Source of the DNA: Pseudomonadota bacterium
GTDB lineage: Bacteria > CALINM01
DNA: 64,000 nt
Assembly: GCA_026418415.1 (NCBI GenBank)
Contig: JAOABK010000003.1
Span: 1,685-65,684, forward strand
Reading direction: 5' to 3'
The position numbers were made by a program, and so were the translations under genes. This document shows positions 56,521 through 64,000 of this stretch, in pieces. The notes beneath the pieces were generated by a model. That model was not told the origin of the DNA, searched no databases, and saw nothing but the letters and a program-made list of their open reading frames with translations. Within the stretch, counting starts at the first letter, position 1, and each line of letters begins with the position of its first letter.

Positions 56521-59134
56521 GATAAGAAAAAAGTTCCTTGATTATTTTGCAGGGCATTATCATCAGGTAGTAAAAAGTTCAAGCCTCGTTCCAAAAAACG
56601 ATCCAACCCTTCTTTTTACAAATGCTGGCATGAACCAGTTTAAAGATTGTTTTTTAGGGATTGAGAAAAGATCTTATAAAAGGGCTTGCAGTGTACAAAA
56701 ATGTGTAAGAGCAGGAGGAAAGCATAACGACCTTGAAAACGTTGGATATACAGCAAGACATCATACATTTTTTGAAATGCTTGGTAATTTCTCCTTTGGT
56801 GACTATTTCAAAAAGGATGCTATCTTTTATGGCTGGGATTTTTTAACAAGAGAAATGGGGCTTCCAAAGGAAAAACTTTGGGTAACTATTTATAAAGATG
56901 ATGATGAGGCTTTTGAACTATGGCAAGAGGTTGCAGGGGTTAAACCTGAAAGAATAGTTAGACTTGGAGAAAAGGATAATTTCTGGGCAATGGGCGATGA
57001 AGGCCCTTGCGGTCCCTGTTCTGAAATTATTATTGATCAGGGAGAACACGTTGGGTGTGGAAGTAAAGATTGCGCTGTTGGATGTGATTGCGATAGATTT
57101 CTTGAATTATGGAATTTAGTTTTCATGCAATATAATAGATTTAAAGATGGAACTCTTGAACCACTACCTAACCCAAGCATTGATACAGGAATGGGACTGG
57201 AAAGAATAACCGCTGTAATTCAAGGAAAACCTTCTAATTTTGAAACCGATTTGTTATTCCCCTATATTGAAAAAATGGCTAAACTTGCAGGAGTTGAATA
57301 CGGTCGGGATAAAAAAATAGATGTCCATCTAAGGGTAATAGCAGACCATATAAGGGCTATGACCTTTCTTATTTCAGATGGTGTTTTCCCCTCAAATGAA
57401 GGCAGGGGTTATGTTTTAAGACGCATTATGAGAAGGGCAATAAGGCATGCAAAGATGCTTGGTTTTGATAAGCCAGTGCTTTTCAATTTAACAGAAGAAG
57501 TGGTCAGAGTAATGAAAGATGCCTACCCTGAGCTTTCTGATACAATAGAGCTTGTTAAAAAGGTTGTTCATAATGAAGAAGAACGCTTTTTTGAGACCCT
57601 TGATAGTGGATTAAAGATTCTTTTTGAACATCTCGAAAAAATGAAGAAAAAAGGGGAGAAGGTCTTTTCTGGAGAAATTGCTTTCAAGCTCTATGATACC
57701 TATGGATTCCCAATTGATCTTACACAGGATATTTTAAGGGAGCAGAATATTCAAGTTGATATGGCTGAGTTTGAAAACTTCATGGAAAAACAAAGAGAAA
57801 CTGCAAGAAAACATTGGAAGGGAGAAGAAGAAGCAATAGATAGCATTTACAAGAGCCTTGCTCAGGAAATAAAAGTGGATTTTGTAGGATACGATACCCT
57901 TGTAGGTGAAGGTAAAGTAATTAAATTAATACAAAATGGTTTTACGGTAAAAGAGATGTTAGAGGGTGAAGAAGGTGAGATAATCACAGATAGAACTCCC
58001 TTTTATGGTGAATCAGGTGGTCAGGTAGGAGATGTTGGTACCATTGAATCAGACAACTTCATCTTTGAAGTTACTGATACAAAAAGATTTAGCGATTTGA
58101 TAATACATCGTGGGAAGGTGTTAAAGGGAGCAATAAAGGAAAATGACAAATGCCTCTTACGAGTAAAAGACGACTTAAGAGATAATACAATGTCACATCA
58201 TACTGCAACCCACTTATTACAGTCTGCATTACAAAAGGTTTTAGGTCCCCATGTAAAGCAAGCGGGTAGTTTGGTAACCCCTGATAGATTAAGGTTTGAT
58301 TTTACTCATTTTGCTCAGGTAACAAAAGAAGAATTAAACACCATAGAAGAGCTTGTAAATCAGTGGATTAGAGAAAACAGAAAAGTCCATATAGATTATT
58401 TGCCCTATGATGAAGCTATAAAAAAGGGTGCGATGGCAATTTTCGGCGAAAAATACGGCGATATAGTCCGACTCGTAGAAGTTGAGGGCGTAAGCAAAGA
58501 ATTATGTGGTGGTACCCATCAAAAATACACAGGCAACATAGGTGTTTTTAAAATTGTCTCCGAAGAGAGTGTTGCTTCTGGTGTGCGACGTATTGAAGCA
58601 TGCGCTGGATTGGCAGGAATGAAATTTATAAAAGAGAGAGAATCTCTTATTGAAAGATGTTCTTTAGCACTCAAAACTAGTCCTCAGGATTTAGAAGCGA
58701 AATTAGAAAGAATGCTAAAAAGGGAAAAAGAACTTGAAAGGGAGCTTGAATCTCTAAAATCACGCCTCTTAAAATATGAACTACAAGAAGCGATAAAAAT
58801 AAAAACATTATCAAAGGGTATTAAACTTGTTACCGCTGAAGTTAAGGTTAGTAATGCTGAAGAGATGAGAAATGTCCTGGACAGTATAAAAAACAAACAC
58901 ATAGATTCAATTATTTTTATTTTAGCATCTATGGAGGAAAAAAATAGTTGTTTACTTTATGTACCCGATAATTTGACAGATAATTACGATGCAGGAAAGT
59001 TACTACAGGATATAACAAAACCGTTAGGTGGTAGAGGTGGTGGGAAAAAGGGTCTGGCACAGGGTGGATTCCCAAAAGAAGTTGCCTTCGAAAAAATTGT
59101 TAATACATTATTTGATATGCTGGAGCAAAAATAA
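56507..59134 (+). CDS. alaS: Alanine--tRNA ligase
   Basis: Class II aaRS motifs, editing domain HxxxH/CxxxH, C-terminal DHHA1; 875 aa. Confidence 0.95.
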   Translation: MKGSEIRKKFLDYFAGHYHQVVKSSSLVPKNDPTLLFTNAGMNQFKDCFLGIEKRSYKRACSVQKCVRAGGKHNDLENVGYTARHHTFFEMLGNFSFGDYFKKDAIFYGWDFLTREMGLPKEKLWVTIYKDDDEAFELWQEVAGVKPERIVRLGEKDNFWAMGDEGPCGPCSEIIIDQGEHVGCGSKDCAVGCDCDRFLELWNLVFMQYNRFKDGTLEPLPNPSIDTGMGLERITAVIQGKPSNFETDLLFPYIEKMAKLAGVEYGRDKKIDVHLRVIADHIRAMTFLISDGVFPSNEGRGYVLRRIMRRAIRHAKMLGFDKPVLFNLTEEVVRVMKDAYPELSDTIELVKKVVHNEEERFFETLDSGLKILFEHLEKMKKKGEKVFSGEIAFKLYDTYGFPIDLTQDILREQNIQVDMAEFENFMEKQRETARKHWKGEEEAIDSIYKSLAQEIKVDFVGYDTLVGEGKVIKLIQNGFTVKEMLEGEEGEIITDRTPFYGESGGQVGDVGTIESDNFIFEVTDTKRFSDLIIHRGKVLKGAIKENDKCLLRVKDDLRDNTMSHHTATHLLQSALQKVLGPHVKQAGSLVTPDRLRFDFTHFAQVTKEELNTIEELVNQWIRENRKVHIDYLPYDEAIKKGAMAIFGEKYGDIVRLVEVEGVSKELCGGTHQKYTGNIGVFKIVSEESVASGVRRIEACAGLAGMKFIKERESLIERCSLALKTSPQDLEAKLERMLKREKELERELESLKSRLLKYELQEAIKIKTLSKGIKLVTAEVKVSNAEEMRNVLDSIKNKHIDSIIFILASMEEKNSCLLYVPDNLTDNYDAGKLLQDITKPLGGRGGGKKGLAQGGFPKEVAFEKIVNTLFDMLEQK

Positions 59135-59136
59135 TC

Positions 59137-60108
59137 ATGGAAGCAAAAGTTTTTGTTACTCGCGGAGGTTATCCAGAATGTATCCATAGATTTCACATAG
59201 TAATTGTGGATAAAGAGGGAAAAAAAGTATTTGAGCGAGGCGACAAAAATTTTCTTACCTGTCTTCGTTCATCAGCAAAGCCTTTTCAGGCATTAACAGC
59301 TCTAAGAGCAGGAATTGTTGAAAAATATGGGTTAACAGATGAAGAAATAGCAATCTTAACTGGATCAATAAATGCCGAGCCTTTTCAAGTAGAGACAGTA
59401 AGAAGCATTTTGACAAAAGGGGGCTTAGACGAAGGATATCTCCAATGCGGCGCTCAATACCCAAGTCACAAATTAACTGCTGAAAAACTAAAAAAAGAGA
59501 ACAAACCAGCCCTTGCTATTTATCATAACTGTTCGGCTAAACATTCAGGAATGCTTCTTGCCTGCAAAGCAAAGGGATATCCACTGGAAAACTATCTTGA
59601 TTTCGAACACCCCTATCAGATGGAAATTCTTAATACTGTTTCTGAATTTACTCAATTGGCAATAGAGGATATAAAGATTGTAATTGATGGCTGTGGAGCA
59701 CCTGTTTTTTTTATGCCCCTGATAAATCTTGCGATTGGATATAAAAACCTTGCAATATCAAAAGACCCTTATGTTCTAAAATTGATTAGTTCCGTTTACA
59801 ATCACCCTCTCATGATTGCTGGTAATGAAAGACTATGTTCAGATATTATTAAAATAACAGAGGGAAGAATATTTGCAAAAATAGGAGCAGATGGCGTCTA
59901 CTCTGCTTTTAATAGAGATACAAAAGAAGGACTGGCAATGAAAGTAGAAGATGGAGCAGTAAGACCATTATATGTTATGTTTACCCAACTACTTAAAGAA
60001 CTGGGATGGATAACGGAAAGTGAGCATCAATCACTCAGCAAATATTGGAAAGTAGTGGTAAAAAACTCAAAAAATTTCATTGTTGGTGAATACTTAGCAA
60101 AAATTTAA
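59137..60108 (+). CDS. Asparaginase II family protein (PF06089-type)
   Basis: NCSAKHSGML and overall ~323-aa pattern of the Rhizobium-type asparaginase family. Confidence 0.6.
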   Translation: MEAKVFVTRGGYPECIHRFHIVIVDKEGKKVFERGDKNFLTCLRSSAKPFQALTALRAGIVEKYGLTDEEIAILTGSINAEPFQVETVRSILTKGGLDEGYLQCGAQYPSHKLTAEKLKKENKPALAIYHNCSAKHSGMLLACKAKGYPLENYLDFEHPYQMEILNTVSEFTQLAIEDIKIVIDGCGAPVFFMPLINLAIGYKNLAISKDPYVLKLISSVYNHPLMIAGNERLCSDIIKITEGRIFAKIGADGVYSAFNRDTKEGLAMKVEDGAVRPLYVMFTQLLKELGWITESEHQSLSKYWKVVVKNSKNFIVGEYLAKI

Positions 60109-60120
60109 TAGGAGAGAAAG

Positions 60121-60561
60121 ATGTTTAATCAAAAGAAGCAAGAAAAGTTAGCAATAAACAATGAAAAAACAAAGCCATCTGTTGAAGTTCTTACCTTTTT
60201 AGGAATGGGTACAGAGTTTAAGGGTAAGATTATCTTTCAAGGAACACTAAGAATTGATGGATTGGTTGAAGGCGAGATAGAGGGAAATGATACCCTAACT
60301 CTTGGAGAAAACGGCATAGTAAAGGGGGTATGCAAAGTTGGCAAAGCAGTTATATCAGGAAAGTTTAGGGGTGATCTTTTTGTTGATGAAAAAATCATTT
60401 TAAAAAGCAATGCAGATGTAGAGGGAAAGATCGTTACCCCCTCTTTAATTATCGAGGAGGGTGCTCATTTCAATGGCACCTGTAGGATGGTGGAACCAAA
60501 AAGCAGGGAAGTGAATAAAGAACTTGAAAATGAAGAAAGTCAAGAAATAGTTAGGGTCTAA
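60121..60561 (+). CDS. Bactofilin (polymer-forming cytoskeletal protein)
   Basis: Repetitive beta-helix pattern (IDGLVEGEIEGNDTLTLGENGIVKGVCKVGKAVISGKFRGDL...). Confidence 0.7.
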   Translation: MFNQKKQEKLAINNEKTKPSVEVLTFLGMGTEFKGKIIFQGTLRIDGLVEGEIEGNDTLTLGENGIVKGVCKVGKAVISGKFRGDLFVDEKIILKSNADVEGKIVTPSLIIEEGAHFNGTCRMVEPKSREVNKELENEESQEIVRV

Positions 60562-61238
60562 TGCAAGAATCTCTTCAAATTAAGGCTATGTTTGATAACA
60601 TAGCCAGTAAATATGATTTCTTAAACCATCTACTTTCTTTAGGACAAGACTTTTATTGGCGAAGTGTTATGGCAAGGGAGCTTTATCCCTTAAGAGAAAA
60701 TAGCCTCGTTTGCGACTTGGCTACTGGCACAGGTGATAGTGCAAAGGTAATAGCCAAAAGGGGATTTAAAGTCATAGGGGTAGATTTAAGCACAAAAATG
60801 CTTGATATATCAAGAAAAAAGCTTTCTAATTTACCGTTTATTCCTTCTGTTGGTTCTGCATATGAACTACCTTTTAAAGATGAGTCATTTGATGCTATCA
60901 CGTGCTCTTTTGGTATTAGAAATATGCACTCCTATGATATTGCTTTAAAAGAAATAAGAAGAATATTGAAGAAAGGAGGGAAAGCAATTTTTCTTGAATT
61001 TACTATTCCACAAAACTTCATTAAACCAGCCTATGAGTTTTATATGAAATATATTTTACCTAACATCGCCGGCCTTTTTTCAAAGAAAGATGCCTATGAA
61101 TATTTATATGATTCTATAAAAAACTTTCCCGATCCTGACAGATTCGCCAATATGTTAATAGACGCTGGATTTGTTGGAGTGAAACAAATTCCCTTGAGTT
61201 TTGGAACAGTTTTCGTACATAAAGCATTCAGATTTTAA
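60561..61238 (+). CDS. ubiE: Demethylmenaquinone/ubiquinone C-methyltransferase (UbiE/MenG)
   Basis: N-terminal FDNIASKYDFLNHLLSLGQDFYWR and SAM motif DLATGTGD. Confidence 0.75.
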   Translation: MQESLQIKAMFDNIASKYDFLNHLLSLGQDFYWRSVMARELYPLRENSLVCDLATGTGDSAKVIAKRGFKVIGVDLSTKMLDISRKKLSNLPFIPSVGSAYELPFKDESFDAITCSFGIRNMHSYDIALKEIRRILKKGGKAIFLEFTIPQNFIKPAYEFYMKYILPNIAGLFSKKDAYEYLYDSIKNFPDPDRFANMLIDAGFVGVKQIPLSFGTVFVHKAFRF

Positions 61239-61260
61239 CTATTTTTAAGGCATTTTTTTA

Positions 61261-62388
61261 TTGATTTTAAAACATTTTTTTGTTATTGTTGGTAAGATGA
61301 AAAAAATAGCGAGTTTTATATTTATTATATTACTGACTTTTTTAATCCCTTCGATTGTTTTATCAGCAGAAAAAAAGGTTACTTCAAGAACAAAGAAAGA
61401 AAAAATTTCTAAAAAACAAACCAGCAATCAGGAAAAAAATATAATTAATCATAAAGTTCGAAAAGGCGATACTCCAGCTAAGATTTCAAGGCAATATGGA
61501 GTTTCCCTTGAAGAAATTTTAAAGGTTAACGAAGGAATAAATCCAAAAAATCTGAAAGTAGGTAGCATTATTAAGGTACCATTAAAACAATCTGCAAAAT
61601 TAACAAAGAACAATCCACAAGAAAAGACGGTTTATGTAGTAAAGAAAGGCGACACCTTATACTCTATTTCTAAAAAATTTAGCATCAGTATTGATGAAAT
61701 TAAAAAGCTAAATAACATAAAAGATAACACTCTAACAGCTGGTACACAGCTTGTTTTGAAAAAGGATTATCTTGTTTATAAACCAAAAAATAAAAAAGAG
61801 ATAAATTATACACTCAGAGATGAAGTAGATGAAGATGATGGGGAATCAGAAGAAGGTGAAGAAGTAGATTTGCAAATTGCAGAAAGAGAAAAAGATTTAA
61901 ACATTGAAAATAGAAGTATAGATTATGAAAACATTAAATACACACTCACAGATAACGATGTTAATAAACTTATTGCATCGGCACTTGATTACCTCGGTGC
62001 TTCTTATAAGTATGGTGGCAATCAGCCTGCCTCAATTGACTGTTCAGCTTTTGTAAAAAGAGTATTTAATGAAGTAAAAATCCCCTTACCAAGGACTTCG
62101 AGAGAACAATATGAGTTAGGCGTGGAAGTACCTCTAAACCAGCTTTCAGAAGGAGACTTACTATTTTTTACAAGAAAAAAACGAATTGGTCATGTGGGGA
62201 TATATATAGGGGATGATAAGTTTATTCATGCTGCAGGTAAAGGTAAGGGAGTAATTATATCATCCATGAACACTCCTTATTTCAAAAAGACTTTCGTTGG
62301 GGCTAAAAGAATTTTTATTAAAGAAAGTGATAAAGCCAGTCTTAATGGTAAAAAGCTTAGTTTAGCTGAAAAACCATTGATAAACTAA
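61261..62388 (+). CDS. Secreted LysM (x2) + NlpC/P60 peptidoglycan endopeptidase
   Basis: Signal peptide; two LysM repeats (HKVRKGDTPAKISRQYGVS, YVVKKGDTLYSISKKFSIS); NlpC/P60 Cys-His (DCSAFVKRVF...GHVGIYIGD). Confidence 0.8.
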   Translation: MILKHFFVIVGKMKKIASFIFIILLTFLIPSIVLSAEKKVTSRTKKEKISKKQTSNQEKNIINHKVRKGDTPAKISRQYGVSLEEILKVNEGINPKNLKVGSIIKVPLKQSAKLTKNNPQEKTVYVVKKGDTLYSISKKFSISIDEIKKLNNIKDNTLTAGTQLVLKKDYLVYKPKNKKEINYTLRDEVDEDDGESEEGEEVDLQIAEREKDLNIENRSIDYENIKYTLTDNDVNKLIASALDYLGASYKYGGNQPASIDCSAFVKRVFNEVKIPLPRTSREQYELGVEVPLNQLSEGDLLFFTRKKRIGHVGIYIGDDKFIHAAGKGKGVIISSMNTPYFKKTFVGAKRIFIKESDKASLNGKKLSLAEKPLIN

Positions 62389-63339
62389 ACTTACAATCAT
62401 CGTTCCAGTAATACACACAAAAAGATAATAAAAGATTACACGTTTTTTAAACATAGTAAAGAATACTGCCATTACCGGTATTGCCGTTACCGGTCCTCCT
62501 ATTAGAAAGGCAAGAGCTGAACCGTTGCTTATGCCCTTCTCAACTAAACTATAAAGCATTGCGGAAGCAGTAATCTGGTTTACATATAAAGGTATTGAAA
62601 ATATTGTAACTAAAAAGATATTTTTCACACTACCTTCGCTCAAGTATTTGGAAATCCACTCTGCTGGAACGTATTTTAGTATAAGAATTTCAAAAAATAT
62701 TCCAATTAAAACATATTTTCCGATTCTCAATGTGCCTTCATAAAATTTTGCAAAAAAAATGAGTAACTTATTTTTTGTCTTTGCTTCTACTGTATGGCTA
62801 AATTGCTTGTGGCAACTACATCTTAACTCTTCAATTGGAAAATCAGGATCATGAAAATCCATATCATGGGGTATCTCTTGTAGTTTTAGTATTTGATCAT
62901 GCTTAAAATATTTCTTTTCTAACAATAAAGTTAAAAACCCAGCATAGAGCCCCATAAAAGTTGCAGAAAAAGTTTTTGCGAGTGCCCACTTAGTTCCTAA
63001 TTCCCACTGAGTCAGTGTATATCCAGCTGGGCTAAGCAATGGAGAAGAGATAACAAGAGTCATCATTATTGAAAAAGGCACACCAGCAAATAAAAGCCCT
63101 AACGAGAGGGGTAGTACTCCACATGCACAAAGAGGGCTAATAAGACCAAGAATAGTAGCAATAACTACAGATAGAGCTCCGTATCTATGAATGGTTTGTT
63201 TAATTTTTATATGCCATTTAAATGTTCTAATAATGGCTTCAGAAGCAACCCCGGCAATAAAATAGGGCAAAACAGAAATAAACTCTGCATAGTAATCTTT
63301 AATAAAGTCTATTATATGTTGAACTATGTCCATAGGCAT
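62362..63339 (-). CDS. DUF318/YraQ-family permease (ArsP-like organoarsenical efflux permease family)
   Basis: 8 TM; conserved CxC in SPLCACGVLP (compare ArsP TPFCSCS); cytoplasmic Cys/His-rich insert (HDMDFHDPDFPIEELRCSCHKQFSH). Confidence 0.5.
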   Translation of the reverse strand: MPMDIVQHIIDFIKDYYAEFISVLPYFIAGVASEAIIRTFKWHIKIKQTIHRYGALSVVIATILGLISPLCACGVLPLSLGLLFAGVPFSIMMTLVISSPLLSPAGYTLTQWELGTKWALAKTFSATFMGLYAGFLTLLLEKKYFKHDQILKLQEIPHDMDFHDPDFPIEELRCSCHKQFSHTVEAKTKNKLLIFFAKFYEGTLRIGKYVLIGIFFEILILKYVPAEWISKYLSEGSVKNIFLVTIFSIPLYVNQITASAMLYSLVEKGISNGSALAFLIGGPVTAIPVMAVFFTMFKKRVIFYYLFVCITGTMIVSLVYQWFFS

Positions 63340-63493
63340 TATAATTTAGCATAAAATATGCCCAAAAAGTAGTTGAAAAGTTATGTTTTTTTCGCAAAAA
63401 TTAGGCAAAGCTCTGACAGTTGACAGTTTTTTACCATTAATAATTTTAAGGTTTATTTAATTCTTTCTTTAGGAATCCACGAAATTATTTTAG

Positions 63494-63567
63494 CTGGGGC
63501 GGGAGGCATCGAACCTCCAAACTCCAGAGTCAAAGTCTGGTGGCTTTACCAATTCGCCTACGCCCCA
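63494..63567 (-). tRNA. tRNA-Gln(UUG)
   Basis: Reverse complement TGGGGCG-TA-GGCG...CCAGA-CTTTGAC-TCTGG...GGAGG-TTCGATG-CCTCC-CGCCCCA-G: U1-A72 pair and G73 discriminator typical of tRNA-Gln; anticodon TTG. Confidence 0.8.
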
Positions 63568-64000
63568 AAGGTTTTGCAAGTAAATATTCTATAGTTTGTA
63601 AATTTTTCTTTAGTTTTTAACTCAGCGCTTCTAATTAATCCCTCTTCAAAAATTCCAAAAACAGAAGAACCACTTCCAGTCATCATTACCTTTTTTGCTC
63701 CTAAAGAGGTCATAAAATCCTTTATTTCAATTATAGCAGGAAACTCCTTTTTAACCACATCCTCAAGATCGTTTCGCATTATTTCGAGCAGTTTATTCTC
63801 ATCAATAATTGAAATATTTAAGATACTATTGCGTTCATTTTTTGTCAATGGTAATTTTACTTTACTGTAAGCCCAGGCAGTTGAAATAGTAAAATCTGGA
63901 ACAATTAATAAAAAATTAAGTTCTGGGAATTTTGTAAAGGGATAAACCTTCTCCCCTATTCCTTTAACTATTGCGGGCTTGTTATATAGAAAAAAAGGGA
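63558..64000 (-). CDS. ispE: 4-diphosphocytidyl-2-C-methyl-D-erythritol kinase, C-terminal part (5' end outside window)
   Basis: GHMP-kinase C-terminal motif MTGSGSSVFG; the reading frame stays open upstream of the ORF-track TTG to the window edge. Last codons overlap the tRNA-Gln 5' end. Confidence 0.65.
   Translation of the reverse strand, partial: PFFLYNKPAIVKGIGEKVYPFTKFPELNFLLIVPDFTISTAWAYSKVKLPLTKNERNSILNISIIDENKLLEIMRNDLEDVVKKEFPAIIEIKDFMTSLGAKKVMMTGSGSSVFGIFEEGLIRSAELKTKEKFTNYRIFTCKTFGA

Noticed and set aside
1-64000. CRISPR arrays, transposases/IS elements, integrases, prophage genes
   Set aside because: I found no regularly spaced direct repeats and no recombinase-like ORFs. The tRNA-Met and tRNA-Gln loci are not flanked by integrases or direct repeats of their 3' ends.

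Overview
AT-rich bacterial chromosomal segment, gene-dense (about 90% coding), with no CRISPR array, transposase, integrase or rRNA. Recognisable housekeeping genes: recA, pilT, recX, alaS, topA, smg, dprA, rsmI, alr, mlaEFD, nif3 plus the COG1579 Zn-ribbon gene, RNase P RNA (rnpB, not in the ORF track), tRNA-Met(CAT), tRNA-Gln(UUG), maf, 5-formyl-THF cyclo-ligase, zur-znuACB, pncA/pncB, ubiE, a bactofilin, an RpoH-like sigma factor, a MacAB-TolC-like exporter and the 3' part of ispE. Selenium-utilisation genes are present: selA, and a selD that is itself a selenoprotein (in-frame UGA followed by a SECIS-like hairpin), which the ORF track truncates. The most unusual content is a minus-strand operon at 15261-20446: secreted Cys-motif protein, periplasmic rhodanese, small GT2 transferase, a fused arsenite-methyltransferase(ArsM)/radical-SAM(ArsS-like) protein, and a fused Fe-S/CCG(HdrD-like)-DedA/TVP38 membrane protein. 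It is divergently paired with a B12-binding radical-SAM gene plus an orphan PAS histidine kinase, and selA lies about 3 kb away, just past those genes. This looks like an uncharacterised organo-arsenic/selenium metabolite module. Other notable items: a CIRCE (HrcA operator) element in the leader of the rpoH-like gene; a long minus-strand cluster of secreted proteins, FecR, a CHASE2 adenylate cyclase and a DUF799-FN3-beta-helix lipoprotein; an octaheme cytochrome c with an outer-membrane beta-barrel partner; and pilT inserted between recA and recX.
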